A stretch of 64,000 nucleotides of DNA, from assembly GCA_963727525.1 (NCBI GenBank), contig CAVSGO010000007.1, positions 960,001-1,024,000 of the forward strand, given 5' to 3'. The position numbers were made by a program, and so were the translations under genes. Below the pieces are notes generated by a model, which was not told the origin of the DNA, did no database searches, and saw only the letters and a program-made list of their open reading frames with translations. The stretch's first letter is position 1. Every line of letters begins with the position of its first letter. This DNA is from an uncultured bacterium (GTDB lineage Bacteria; Krumholzibacteriota; Krumholzibacteriia; LZORAL124-64-63). This document shows positions 9,945-19,580 of the stretch, piece after piece.

Positions 9945-10007
9945 GGTGCCCGGAATCATACACACGCCCGGGCGACAGGCCAGCAGAAACTCGCGGACGC
10001 GTACAGG

Positions 10008-10886
10008 CTAGGCGATGTGGACGAACGCCGCCGCGTCGGCGATGGCCTCGCGGATGGCGTCATGATGCGTGACGACGTCGTCGCGATCGAGCGGGACGGC
10101 GGCGAACAGATCTCGCTCGGTGACACCCGCGGTCGCGAATCCGAGGTCGCCACGCGGCGGCACGAGTACGTTCGCGAGGTAGTCCCCGAGAGCCACGATC
10201 GTGACGGCATCTCCCTCGTGCGTGCCGGCGTGGTGGTCACCGATGCAGACCACGAGTTCGGGCGGGAAGAGCCATGACTCCGCCATCGCCGCGCCCGCCT
10301 GCGCATGGTCGAATCCGAAGACATGTCGCTCCTGCGCGACGAGCGTGCTGCCGCTGCGCGCACGATCGGCGATCACACGGTCGTACGTGCCCGGCGCATG
10401 GAGCGTGAGCACGAACTTCCCCAGGTCGTGGAGCAGGCCGCCGGTGAAGACGAGTTCGGGATCCGGAAACCGCACGAGGCGGGCGAGATAGCGCGATGTG
10501 GCGCCCACGGCCACGCAATGCCGCCAGATCTCCTTGTAGTCGATCTGCGGCCGCCGCTCGCTGAACGCCTTGCCGAGACTCGATACCACGGCCACGCAGA
10601 TGGCGACCTGGCGCACCGTGCGCATGCCGAGCACCGCAACGCACTCCTGCACCGACGTCAGTGTGCGCGACTTCTGGTAGTACGGCGAGTTCGCGAGGCG
10701 CAGGACCTTGCTGGCCAGCGGCGGGTCGTGGCGGATGACCTCGGCGAGGTCGCCGGCGCTCGAGCTGGGATCGTCGATGAGCTGCAGGATCCTGGTGAGG
10801 ATCTCCGGGATCGTCGGCAGGTCGTCGACGGTCGCCTGCAGCGTCGTGAGGGTCAGGATCGGCTGGTCGTCGTCGCGCGCGTTCAC
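10008..10886 (-). CDS. HDOD domain protein
   Basis: LPTIP, DPPLASKVLRLANSPYY, WRHC, GLLHDLGK, GFDHAQAG; GTG start at 10886. Confidence 0.9.
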   Translation of the reverse strand: MNARDDDQPILTLTTLQATVDDLPTIPEILTRILQLIDDPSSSAGDLAEVIRHDPPLASKVLRLANSPYYQKSRTLTSVQECVAVLGMRTVRQVAICVAVVSSLGKAFSERRPQIDYKEIWRHCVAVGATSRYLARLVRFPDPELVFTGGLLHDLGKFVLTLHAPGTYDRVIADRARSGSTLVAQERHVFGFDHAQAGAAMAESWLFPPELVVCIGDHHAGTHEGDAVTIVALGDYLANVLVPPRGDLGFATAGVTERDLFAAVPLDRDDVVTHHDAIREAIADAAAFVHIA

Positions 10887-10902
10887 GGCCCGGCTCCTTG
10901 GC

Positions 10903-11808
10903 TCAAATGAAGATCTCCATCTCGGTCTCGAGCGTCCGCTGCAACTGGAGCGAGACCCCGTCGAGATCGGATTGTTGCAGACCCAATCGGGCCAGCGACG
11001 GCGACTCGTAGAGGGCGAGGTCGGGCTCATCCTGGAAACCGATGCCATGCTTGTGGCAGATCTGGTTGCCGAGATCGAGGCAGAGCAGGAGCGTGTTGTC
11101 CGACGCCAATGCTGCCGGATCGTGATGGTGTCCGATGATGTCCTCGAGCAGCGGTGACAGCTTCCACTTGTTGACAAGCAGCGACCCCGCCTGGGCGTGA
11201 TCGAATTGCAGGATCTCGCGCTCGGTCTCACAGAAGGTGCGGTGTTCGTTGTAGACGATCTGGACGATCTCGTCGAAGCGGTCCGGCTCCTGCAGGTTGA
11301 GCACGAGCTTGCCGATGTCGTGCATCAGACCCGCCAGGAACGCCTCTTCCGCCAGCGCGGGCCAGCGTCCCGCCACGAGCAGACGGCAGGCGAAGGCGCA
11401 CCCGATCGAGTGCTCCCACAGCAGCCGCTCCTTCAGTCCCATGCGCGCGCCACCGCTCGTGTAGAGGTTGCGTGCCGCGCTCGTGACGACAAGGCTGCGG
11501 ATGGAGTTGAAGCCGAGCATCACGATCGCCTCGGAGAGCGTCTTGATGCGGCGGCTGCAGGCGTACATGGCCGAATTGGCGATCTTGAGGATGCGCGCCG
11601 TCATGGCCTGATCGTCGGCGATGACCTGCTGGAGCTGGGCGGCCGAGGTATTGGGATCGGACGAGAGTTCCAGGACCTTGCTGGCGACATGGGGCATCGC
11701 CGGCAGATCCCGGGTGGTCATGATCAGGGCTTTGAGCTTGGCGTCGCCCCCAGATGGTGCGCCCGCGGAGGGCGTTCCAGGTTCGGACGTCGCCGGAATG
11801 CTGGTCAT
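10903..11808 (-). CDS. HDOD domain protein
   Basis: LPAMP, DQAMTARILKIANSAMY, WEHS, GLMHDIGK, FDHAQAG. Confidence 0.92.
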   Translation of the reverse strand: MTSIPATSEPGTPSAGAPSGGDAKLKALIMTTRDLPAMPHVASKVLELSSDPNTSAAQLQQVIADDQAMTARILKIANSAMYACSRRIKTLSEAIVMLGFNSIRSLVVTSAARNLYTSGGARMGLKERLLWEHSIGCAFACRLLVAGRWPALAEEAFLAGLMHDIGKLVLNLQEPDRFDEIVQIVYNEHRTFCETEREILQFDHAQAGSLLVNKWKLSPLLEDIIGHHHDPAALASDNTLLLCLDLGNQICHKHGIGFQDEPDLALYESPSLARLGLQQSDLDGVSLQLQRTLETEMEIFI

Positions 11809-11853
11809 GGTGTCTCCCGACCGTCGCTGCTAGGATTCGCCCGTCGAGCTCGG

Positions 11854-12315
11854 CTACGATCCGCACGCTTTGAAGACATATTCGACCTCGACTGGCGCCA
11901 CCTTTAGGGCCGGTTCGGGCATGTCTTCAAGGTCGCCAGCCAGATCGCGGGCCACGTCCTCGAGCCGGTCGCCGGCCGAGTGGAGACGCCGCAGCAGGAG
12001 GGCCAGGGAGGGGAGGTCCGCCGCAGGTATGGGCGCGACGCGCGGACCGAGCGATCCGCGGGCGGCCAGGGGCGGTGTGGGATGTGCGGGAGCGGGTTCC
12101 GCCGCGGTCGGGGCGGCCTTGCCGGCGGCGCGGTATGCCGCCAGCGCGGCCAGAGCGCCCGGCCGATGAGGCTGACGCGCGCGGGCGAAGCGCCGCTTCA
12201 GGGCGAATCCCGCGGCCACGAGCATGAGCGTGAGCCCCAGCGCGATGGCCCCGGTCGCCAGCCAGAACACGGACGTCTGCCCCACCATCGCCTGCACCCA
12301 GCCATGCCCGTTCAT
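11854..12315 (-). CDS. Hypothetical single-TM protein
   Basis: N-terminal hydrophobic helix, RBS GGAAGGGA, operon context. Confidence 0.65.
   Translation of the reverse strand: MNGHGWVQAMVGQTSVFWLATGAIALGLTLMLVAAGFALKRRFARARQPHRPGALAALAAYRAAGKAAPTAAEPAPAHPTPPLAARGSLGPRVAPIPAADLPSLALLLRRLHSAGDRLEDVARDLAGDLEDMPEPALKVAPVEVEYVFKACGS
11879..11906 (-). promoter_or_regulatory. sigma28-type promoter for the HDOD genes, inside the upstream ORF
   Basis: (C)TAAA-N16-GTCGAATA, about 70 nt upstream of HDOD start 11808. Confidence 0.55.
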
Positions 12316-12330
12316 CGGCGTCCCTTCCCA

Positions 12331-12648
12331 TCAGGCCTTGGTATCGATGAGCCGTCCGACCGTGTCGGGCGACGTGCCATCCGCCGTCTCTTCTTCGAGG
12401 TCCGCAGCGTCGTCGTCCGTCGCGGCGCGTTGCTTCTGGTCGCGTTCGCGCTTCTTGTCGGGGTCGATGTGCTGCTTGTCCGCCTTCTCGGCTTCCTGCA
12501 CCCGTTGCGGACGCAATTCGTCGTGCTTGTTCAGCTGGTCGGCAAAGGCGGGGCCACCTGCCGGCGCCTGCTGGTTGCGGGGCTGAGTCTTCGCGACGTT
12601 GCCCAGCTGCACCAGATTCGTCTGCAACGATACGCCATCGCCGGACAT
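12331..12648 (-). CDS. Hypothetical protein downstream of fliA
   Basis: RBS GGAGG; charged; ends GRLIDTKA, resembling small flagellar-locus proteins. Confidence 0.7.
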   Translation of the reverse strand: MSGDGVSLQTNLVQLGNVAKTQPRNQQAPAGGPAFADQLNKHDELRPQRVQEAEKADKQHIDPDKKRERDQKQRAATDDDAADLEEETADGTSPDTVGRLIDTKA

Positions 12649-12669
12649 CGCCGACCTCCCCCGCGCGGC

Positions 12670-13653
12670 TTATACCACCGGGGCTCTTGCCAGCAACGAC
12701 GCCAGCGCCGCCACGAGTGGCACAAGCGCCAGGCACGCCGTCACGTTCACCGAGGCCAGGGGCGCCTCGGTCGGGTCCACGGTCTCACTGTTCCTATCCT
12801 CGGCACGGCCGCGCGAGGCGGTGCCACGGCGCCCCTTCTCCTCGCGGATCTCGGCCGTGAGGCGGCCGATGGACTGCTTGCCCTCATGCCTCTGGATCTT
12901 CCCCTTGAGCCGCATGATCGCCTTCGTGTGCACCTGGCACACGCGACTCTCCGTCACGTCGAGGATCTCGCCGATCTCCTTCAGCGTCAGCTCCTCGTAG
13001 TAGTAGAGCACGAGCACGAGCTGTTCCTTCTCGGGCAGCTCGGCCAGGCGCAGTGCGATCAGGTCGCGCATCTCCTGCGCGGCGATGGTGCGTTCCACGT
13101 CCTCGGCGCGCGGGTCGGCGAGGTAGTCGCCGAGGCTCGTCGACTGATCGCTCTCATCACCGGAGGTGTCAGCGTCGAGGGACATGATCGTGGCCACGGC
13201 CACCTCGCCCAGGATGCCGTCGAGTTCCGACACATCGACATGCAGTTCCCGGGCCACTTCATGGTCGGTTGCAGGGCGGCCGAGGCGGGCCTCGAGCGTC
13301 GCGTAGATCTCCTCGACCTGCTTCGCCTTGCGGCGCAGACTGCGCGGGAACCAGTCCTGGCTGCGCAGCTCGTCGAGGATGGCGCCACGGATGCGGGGGA
13401 TCGCGTAGGTCTCGAACTTGATCCCGCGCTCGTGGTCGAAATTGTCGATCGCCTGGATCAGGCCGAGGAGGCCGGCCGAGATCAGGTCGTTGAACTCGAC
13501 GTAGTGAGGCAACCCGACCGCCATGCGCCCGGCAACGTACTTGACGACGCGGGCATACTTCTGCACCAGTTCCTGCCGGGCAGCCTGGTCGCGCGAGTCG
13601 CGGCAGAGGCACCACAGGTCGAGATATGCGATCGGAGGGGTCGTTTCGATCAT
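12670..13653 (-). CDS. fliA: Flagellar sigma factor sigma28 FliA/WhiG with C-terminal extension
   Basis: DLISAGLLGLIQA, KFETYAIPRIRGAILDELR, DWFPRSLR, LYYYEELTLKEIG, ESRVCQVH. Confidence 0.95.
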   Translation of the reverse strand: MIETTPPIAYLDLWCLCRDSRDQAARQELVQKYARVVKYVAGRMAVGLPHYVEFNDLISAGLLGLIQAIDNFDHERGIKFETYAIPRIRGAILDELRSQDWFPRSLRRKAKQVEEIYATLEARLGRPATDHEVARELHVDVSELDGILGEVAVATIMSLDADTSGDESDQSTSLGDYLADPRAEDVERTIAAQEMRDLIALRLAELPEKEQLVLVLYYYEELTLKEIGEILDVTESRVCQVHTKAIMRLKGKIQRHEGKQSIGRLTAEIREEKGRRGTASRGRAEDRNSETVDPTEAPLASVNVTACLALVPLVAALASLLARAPVV

Positions 13654-13695
13654 CTCTGCTTCACCCTTTCGCGTGCGTCGCAATACCCCTCAGTT

Positions 13696-13710
13696 GCACG
13701 AAACGTGCCA
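13696..13710 (-). promoter_or_regulatory. sigma54 promoter for fliA
   Basis: TGGCAC-N5-GTGC(A), about 40 nt upstream of fliA ATG. Confidence 0.7.
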
Positions 13711-13714
13711 GGCG

Positions 13715-14074
13715 TCACCGGTCCGCCGGAACCGTTTCGGCAGCATCCGGAACCGATTCCGGGGCCGGTTTCGTTTCCCCGTCGGCAGGGCTTTCCGCCT
13801 CGGCCGGCGTCGATGCGGCCGGTTTCCGGCCGTCCCTGGCGGTTTTCGCCTTGCGACGCCAGGCCGGCTTGCGCTCGGTCTCGGCCGGCGGCGGCGGCGC
13901 GTTCCCGGCGAGGACCCGGGCCACCACCGCGACCACGGCGCCCATGAAGAAGACGGCGAAGTAGGCCGTGAAGACCCGACGCAGGGCCGCGGCCAGGCTA
14001 TAGTCGCGCCAGATCGCGCTGGCGAGCGTCACCAGCGCCGCGCCGAGAGCCAGGGTCTGGATCACGCGCACCAT
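13715..14074 (-). CDS. Hypothetical 2-TM membrane protein between flhF and fliA
   Basis: Two hydrophobic helices and a Pro/Ala/charged tail; RBS AGGAG. Confidence 0.7.
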   Translation of the reverse strand: MVRVIQTLALGAALVTLASAIWRDYSLAAALRRVFTAYFAVFFMGAVVAVVARVLAGNAPPPPAETERKPAWRRKAKTARDGRKPAASTPAEAESPADGETKPAPESVPDAAETVPADR

Positions 14075-14077
14075 CGG

Positions 14078-15274
14078 CTACTCCTGGGCATGGGCCAGCT
14101 GCACCGCCGCCCGCGTTTCGGGAGCATCCGCGGCCGCCGTCGCGTCCATGATCAATGACACGAGAGCCGCCGGGTCTGCGATGTCCAGCTCCCGCCGCGA
14201 CCACGCCCCGCGCCCGAGCAGGGACACGGGCCGCGCCAGGATCGCGAGCACGTCCAGCAATTTGGCGTGGCGGGTCACCTGGTCGAGGCGTGTCAATGCC
14301 ACCCAGTCGGCATTCCACTCGCGTGCGAGCGCCGCCTGAGCCGCCGCTTCGCGCGGATCCCGATCGAGTGGAAAGACGACGTGACGATGGTACGCCGCGC
14401 TGCGCACGACCTGCGCACGGAGAGCCGTGTCCGCCTCGTCGAAGCCGTCATCCCAGGCAGGCGTGTCCATGAGCACCGCGTCGTACTCGGCGAAGTGGTC
14501 CGCCCCGGACTCGAGCTGCTCCGGGTCCTGGATGATCGCCGCGTCGTACCCCTTCTGGGACGCTTCCATCTGCAACCGGCGGATCTCACCGGCATGGCGC
14601 GGCAGTAGCGACAGTACGAGCACGCGCCGACCGACCGCGCGCAACCGGGCGGCGGCCGTGTACACCAGGGACGACTTGCCCGCACCCGATGGCCCCACGA
14701 AGACGTGGCCGCCGCCGAAATCCTCCCACGAACCGCTGCCGGTCGGCAGATTATCCTCGAGATAGCGCGCGAGGGCCTCGCTGTCGTCGGGAGCGCTGCC
14801 GGTCTCCACCACCAACCGCTCCAGTACCCGCGAGACCACGTCCTCACCTGCGCCCGCAGCGACCAGCGCGCGGGCCAGGGGGTTCACCGGCCGCGCCGCC
14901 TGGCGCTCCACCTGCTCCAGTACGAGGCGTTCGTGGTCGGCGGCCACACGCCTGACGAGGGCCTCGATACGGTCCACCTCGGCCGCGATCTCCCGGGCCA
15001 CGTGACCTTCGGCGGCGCCGAGCGTGCCGCGGCCCGGGAAGGGCCCGCGGTCCACGCGAGCGCTCTCCTCCGTTGGCGGCTCCACCAATACCTCCACCAC
15101 GCGCTCGGCCCCGAGCCGACCCCGCTGGCGGCGGTTGATCGTCCGGCTGCGGATGACGCGGGCGTCCACACCGTAGCGCTGACGCACGAGCCGCAAGGCA
15201 TCCTTCAGAGTCGCAGCCTCGACCACGGCCGGGCCCTCGTTACCCGATGGCGACATGCTGTTGCGCATGTCCAT
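14078..15274 (-). CDS. flhF: FlhF-like SRP-family GTPase (degenerate)
   Basis: B-domain start (EAATLKDALRLVRQRYG.DA.VI), GPSGAGKS, DTPA, TRLD; follows flhA. Confidence 0.8.
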   Translation of the reverse strand: MDMRNSMSPSGNEGPAVVEAATLKDALRLVRQRYGVDARVIRSRTINRRQRGRLGAERVVEVLVEPPTEESARVDRGPFPGRGTLGAAEGHVAREIAAEVDRIEALVRRVAADHERLVLEQVERQAARPVNPLARALVAAGAGEDVVSRVLERLVVETGSAPDDSEALARYLEDNLPTGSGSWEDFGGGHVFVGPSGAGKSSLVYTAAARLRAVGRRVLVLSLLPRHAGEIRRLQMEASQKGYDAAIIQDPEQLESGADHFAEYDAVLMDTPAWDDGFDEADTALRAQVVRSAAYHRHVVFPLDRDPREAAAQAALAREWNADWVALTRLDQVTRHAKLLDVLAILARPVSLLGRGAWSRRELDIADPAALVSLIMDATAAADAPETRAAVQLAHAQE

Positions 15275-17369
15275 GGGTCACCACCGTTCCGGCCGACTGG
15301 ATCTGAGCATTCGGAGCGACCTCCGTGTAGCCCATGACGGCCAAGTTGGGGTACGTCGGTTCGACGAGTCGCTTGAGGAAGAAGCGGATCGCCGTCGGCA
15401 CCAGCAGCACCGGCGAGCACCCGGCGCCGTACGCCTGGCGCAGCACCGCATCGAGCCGCTGCATGAACTCCTGGGTGAAGGCCGGGTCGAGCGCGACCTG
15501 GCCATGCTGCTCGCTCTGGTGGCAAGCATCCAGGAAATGCTGTTCTGCCTGCGGGTGCAGGCTGATCGCGTGCACCTTGCCGTCCGGCTCGGTGTGCAGC
15601 GCGGTGATCGACCGGTGCAGCACCTCGCGCACCTTCGTGGTCACGAAATCCGTGCCGGCATTGGTGCCCGCGAAGTTTGCCAGGGTCTCCAGGATGGTCA
15701 CGATGTCGCGCACCGGCACCCGTTCGTGCAGCAGAGCCCGCAGCACGTTGTGCAGCGTGTTGACAGGCACCTTGTCGGGAATGAGATCCTCGATGAGCGA
15801 CGGCGCGAACTCCCGCACCGACTCGCACATGTCCTTCACGTCCTGTCGCGACAGCAGCTCGTCGGCATGGCTGCGGATGGTCTCGGACAGGTGGGTGGCC
15901 AGCACGGCCGCCGGCTCCACCACGGTGTAGCCCTCGCGCTCCGCGCGGCTGCGCTGGTCGCGATCGATCCACACGGCCGGCAGGTGGAAGGCCGGTTCCA
16001 CCGTGGGCGTGCCGCTCAACTCGCCGGCGTCGCCGCGCGTGCTCATCGCCAGGAGCTGGCTCGGCTCGAGAGCGGCGCGCGCGATGGCCACGCCCTTGAG
16101 CTTGATCACGTACTCCTGCGCGCCCAGCGCGAGGTTGTCGCGCACCCGGACCGGATGGACGAAGACGCCCAGCTCGTTGCCCACCTGGCGGCGGATGTTG
16201 CCGATGCGCTGCAGCAGGTCGCCGCCGCGCGCCTCGTCCACGAGCGAGATCAGGCCGTAGCCGATTTCCAGCTCCAGGCGATCCATGACGAAGAGGTCCT
16301 CGCCCCGCAGTCCTTGCGGCTCGGGTGCCGCCGCGGTGGCAAGGTCCTCCCGCTCCTGCTCGGCCAACTGCTCCGCCCCCGCCGCCTTCACGCGCTTGCC
16401 GATGACGCGGGCGGCCACGGCGATGCCGGCCGACAGCAGCAGGAACGGAACTGTCGGTAAGCCGGGAATGAGGCCCAGGGCGGCGAGCGATCCGGCGGCG
16501 AGATTCAGTGCCTTCGGCTGGTTGAAGATCTGCATCGTGAGCGCCTGGCCAAGGCTCAGGTCGCCGCTGCTGCGCGTGACGATCATGCCCGCGGCCGTGG
16601 AGACCAGCAGCGCCGGCACCTGGCTCACGAGGCCGTCGCCCACCGTGAGGATGGTGAAGCGGGCCAGCGCCTCTCCGGCCGGTAGACCGAGTTGCAGCAT
16701 GCCGATCACGAAACCGGCCACGATGTTCACCAGAGTGATGATGATGCCGGCAACCGCATCGCCGCGCACGAACTTGCTGGCGCCATCCATCGCGCCGTAG
16801 AATTCCGCTTCGAGCGCGATCTTTTCGCGACGGCGCCGCGCCTCGCTCTCGTTGATCATGCCGGCGTTGAGATCGGCGTCGATCGCCATCTGCTTGCCGG
16901 GCATCGCGTCGAGAGTGAAACGCGCGGCGACCTCGGCGATACGCGTGGAACCCTTCGTGATCACGAGGAAGTTCACCACGACGAGGATCACGAAGACGAT
17001 CACGCCGATGACGTAGTTGCCGCCCACCACGAAGTCGCCGAAACTCTGGACCACCTGACCGGCCGCCCCCCGGCTGAGGATGAGGCGGGTAGACGCCACG
17101 TTCAACGAGAGACGGAACAGCGTCATGATCAGGAGCAAGGACGGGAAAGCATTGAACTCGAGAGGTTCGCGCAGATAAAGCGCCACGAGAAGCACGATGA
17201 CGGACAGAGCGATGCTGAAGGTCATCAGCATGTCCAGCAGCACCGGTGCGACGGGGATCACCATGAGCGCCAAAATGACCAGCACGGCCACGGCACTCAT
17301 GGCGTTGCTGTTGGCCAAAACCAGGTCTCGGCTGAGAACCTTGTCCTGATCCAACCCACTACCCCACAA
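15240..17369 (-). CDS. flhA: Flagellar export protein FlhA (start 17369 or TTG 17354)
   Basis: RIAEVAARFTLDAMPGKQMAIDADLNAG, FYGAMDGASKFVRGD. Confidence 0.98.
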   Translation of the reverse strand: MWGSGLDQDKVLSRDLVLANSNAMSAVAVLVILALMVIPVAPVLLDMLMTFSIALSVIVLLVALYLREPLEFNAFPSLLLIMTLFRLSLNVASTRLILSRGAAGQVVQSFGDFVVGGNYVIGVIVFVILVVVNFLVITKGSTRIAEVAARFTLDAMPGKQMAIDADLNAGMINESEARRRREKIALEAEFYGAMDGASKFVRGDAVAGIIITLVNIVAGFVIGMLQLGLPAGEALARFTILTVGDGLVSQVPALLVSTAAGMIVTRSSGDLSLGQALTMQIFNQPKALNLAAGSLAALGLIPGLPTVPFLLLSAGIAVAARVIGKRVKAAGAEQLAEQEREDLATAAAPEPQGLRGEDLFVMDRLELEIGYGLISLVDEARGGDLLQRIGNIRRQVGNELGVFVHPVRVRDNLALGAQEYVIKLKGVAIARAALEPSQLLAMSTRGDAGELSGTPTVEPAFHLPAVWIDRDQRSRAEREGYTVVEPAAVLATHLSETIRSHADELLSRQDVKDMCESVREFAPSLIEDLIPDKVPVNTLHNVLRALLHERVPVRDIVTILETLANFAGTNAGTDFVTTKVREVLHRSITALHTEPDGKVHAISLHPQAEQHFLDACHQSEQHGQVALDPAFTQEFMQRLDAVLRQAYGAGCSPVLLVPTAIRFFLKRLVEPTYPNLAVMGYTEVAPNAQIQSAGTVVTHGHAQQHVAIG

Positions 17370-17373
17370 TCAG

Positions 17374-18435
17374 TTATGCCTTCTTGAGGCGGTACACGTA
17401 AGCCAGGATCTCGGCCACGGCCTGGAACAGTCGCTCCGGGACCGCGCGGCCCACTTTGACATCCTTATACAAGGCACGTGCCACCGGCTTGTTCTCGATC
17501 ACCGGGACGCGCGATGCCCGCGCGATCTCGCGGATCTTCTGGGCCAGGTAGTCGGCCCCCTTGGCCACCACCACCGGTGCCGCGGTTCCCGGCTTGTACT
17601 GGAGCGCCACAGCGAGGTGGGTCGGGTTCGTCACCACGACGTCGGCCCCGGGCACTGCCGCGAGCATGCGCTGGCGTGCGAGATCCATCTGCATGCCGCG
17701 AATACGCGCCTTGATCTGCGGGTCGCCCTCGTACTCCTTGTTCTCTTCCTTCACCTCTTGCTTGCTCATCTTCAGGTCTTCCTCGTACTGCCATCGCTGG
17801 TACGTCCAGTCGACCACCGCGAGCAGCGCCACGAACCCCAGGAGCACGATCATCAGGTGGATGAACCCACCCCGTGCCACACGCACGATGTCGGACAGGT
17901 CCAGGTTCGATGCCGGCAAGAGGCGCACGAGCTGCGAGCGAATCACCAGCCAGGCCAGCACGCCGATGATGCCCACCTTGGTGAGCCCTTTCGCGAGCTC
18001 GAAGAAGGTGCGCTTCTGGACGAAGCGCTTCATGCCGGCGACGGGATTCAGCTTGCTCGCGTTGGGCATGAGCGCCTCGGCCGAGAAATTCATCCCCACC
18101 TGCGCGATGTTGCCCCCCACCGCCGCGACGAGCACCACGGCCATGATCGGCGCCAGGCACAGGGCGAGGTTCTGGGTATTCCCGATGAGCATGGTGCGCA
18201 GGCCCCCGATATTGTCCACCCGCAGCAGATAGGCCTGGCTGAAGAGGTAGGCGGCATTGCGGCCGATCGTGATCGTGAGGTAGCGAGGCAACAGGAGGAG
18301 CATCGCGATGCCGGCCGTCAGCACGAAGAGGGTGTTCAGCTCTATGCTCTTGGCCACCTGGCCCTTATCGCGCGCCTTGTCGCGCCGTCTACCGGTGGCA
18401 CTCTCTGTGCGTTCGCCTGCGACCTCGTCCGCCAT
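17374..18435 (-). CDS. flhB: Flagellar export protein FlhB
   Basis: ERTESAT, EGDPQIK, NPTH cleavage motif. Confidence 0.97.
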   Translation of the reverse strand: MADEVAGERTESATGRRRDKARDKGQVAKSIELNTLFVLTAGIAMLLLLPRYLTITIGRNAAYLFSQAYLLRVDNIGGLRTMLIGNTQNLALCLAPIMAVVLVAAVGGNIAQVGMNFSAEALMPNASKLNPVAGMKRFVQKRTFFELAKGLTKVGIIGVLAWLVIRSQLVRLLPASNLDLSDIVRVARGGFIHLMIVLLGFVALLAVVDWTYQRWQYEEDLKMSKQEVKEENKEYEGDPQIKARIRGMQMDLARQRMLAAVPGADVVVTNPTHLAVALQYKPGTAAPVVVAKGADYLAQKIREIARASRVPVIENKPVARALYKDVKVGRAVPERLFQAVAEILAYVYRLKKA

Positions 18436-18499
18436 TACTCACCTCCTTCACGTCTGGCCCCGGGGATCGGAATCCCCGCGCCCGCATGTTCCCGAGGCG

Positions 18500-19288
18500 T
18501 CATTGCGCCGTCAGGGCCAGCAGCACGCGCTCGACGAGCGCCTCGCCGCCGGCGAAGAGTCCGAGTACCCCGTTCTTGAAATAGACGAGCGACAATCCGA
18601 TCACGAGCAGACCCACGCCGATCTTGATGGGAAAGCCCACCACGAGCACGTGGATCTGCGGTGCGGTTTTCACGATCACGCCCATCGCGGCGCTGATGAG
18701 CAGCAGGACCGTCACCAGCGGCGCCGCCAGGCGCAGCCCGAGACCGAAAACCGAGCCGTATTCCTCCACCATCTGCCAACCGCCGGCGCCGACCGAGAGT
18801 GGCGCGAAGGGCGGCAGCACGCGGCACGAAGCCACCACCTCCCGCAGCATCACGTGGTGGGCATCCACCGAGAAGAAGAGCAGCACGGCGAGCAGGTAGT
18901 AGAGCTGCGAGATCACCGAGATCTGCGAGCCCGTCTGCGGATCGAAGGTGTTCACGATGCCGAAGCCGATCTGCATGTCCATGATGGTGCCCGCGTAGCG
19001 CACGGCAGTGAAGGCGAGATTCACGGCAAAGGCGAGCAGGGCGCCGACCACGAGGGATCGCAGAGCCTCGCCCACCAGCGTGGGCCAGGCGAGCAGCGCC
19101 GTGCCGGGTGGCACCAGCGGCGCCACCGTCGGCGCCAGGGCCGCGGCCAGGGCCGCGGCGAGGGCGAGGCGCCAGAGCAGGGGCACCGCGCGCAGATCGA
19201 GCAGCGGCAGGGTCGCCATCAACACGGACAGCCGCAGCACCAGGGCAGCGGTGGTCAGGAGCAGGGTGAGGTCGAATGTGATGCGCAC
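18500..19288 (-). CDS. fliR: Flagellar export protein FliR
   Basis: AGTIMDMQIGF, KTAPQIHV.VVGFPIKI. Confidence 0.95.
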   Translation of the reverse strand: MRITFDLTLLLTTAALVLRLSVLMATLPLLDLRAVPLLWRLALAAALAAALAPTVAPLVPPGTALLAWPTLVGEALRSLVVGALLAFAVNLAFTAVRYAGTIMDMQIGFGIVNTFDPQTGSQISVISQLYYLLAVLLFFSVDAHHVMLREVVASCRVLPPFAPLSVGAGGWQMVEEYGSVFGLGLRLAAPLVTVLLLISAAMGVIVKTAPQIHVLVVGFPIKIGVGLLVIGLSLVYFKNGVLGLFAGGEALVERVLLALTAQ

Positions 19289-19295
19289 GGCGCCT

Positions 19296-19559
19296 CTACA
19301 TGCCGGCCACGCGGTCGAACATCGCGCGGGTGAAACCGGTGATCTGCGCGATCGCCCACGGCAGCGTGATGATCAACACCACGAACACCGTGATGATCTT
19401 TGGCACGAAGGTCATCGTCATCTCGTTGATCTGCGTGGCGGCCTGGAAGACGCTGATGAGCAGGCCCACGAGCATGCCGGCGATGAGCATGGGACCGGAC
19501 ACGAACAGGATCACCTTGATGGCCTGCTGGGCGATGTCGACGACGGTTTCGGGAGTCAT
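19296..19559 (-). CDS. fliQ: Flagellar export protein FliQ
   Basis: FQAATQINEMTMTFVPKI. Confidence 0.97.
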   Translation of the reverse strand: MTPETVVDIAQQAIKVILFVSGPMLIAGMLVGLLISVFQAATQINEMTMTFVPKIITVFVVLIITLPWAIAQITGFTRAMFDRVAGM

Positions 19560-19580
19560 CGGACGCGGTCCTTTCGCAGC

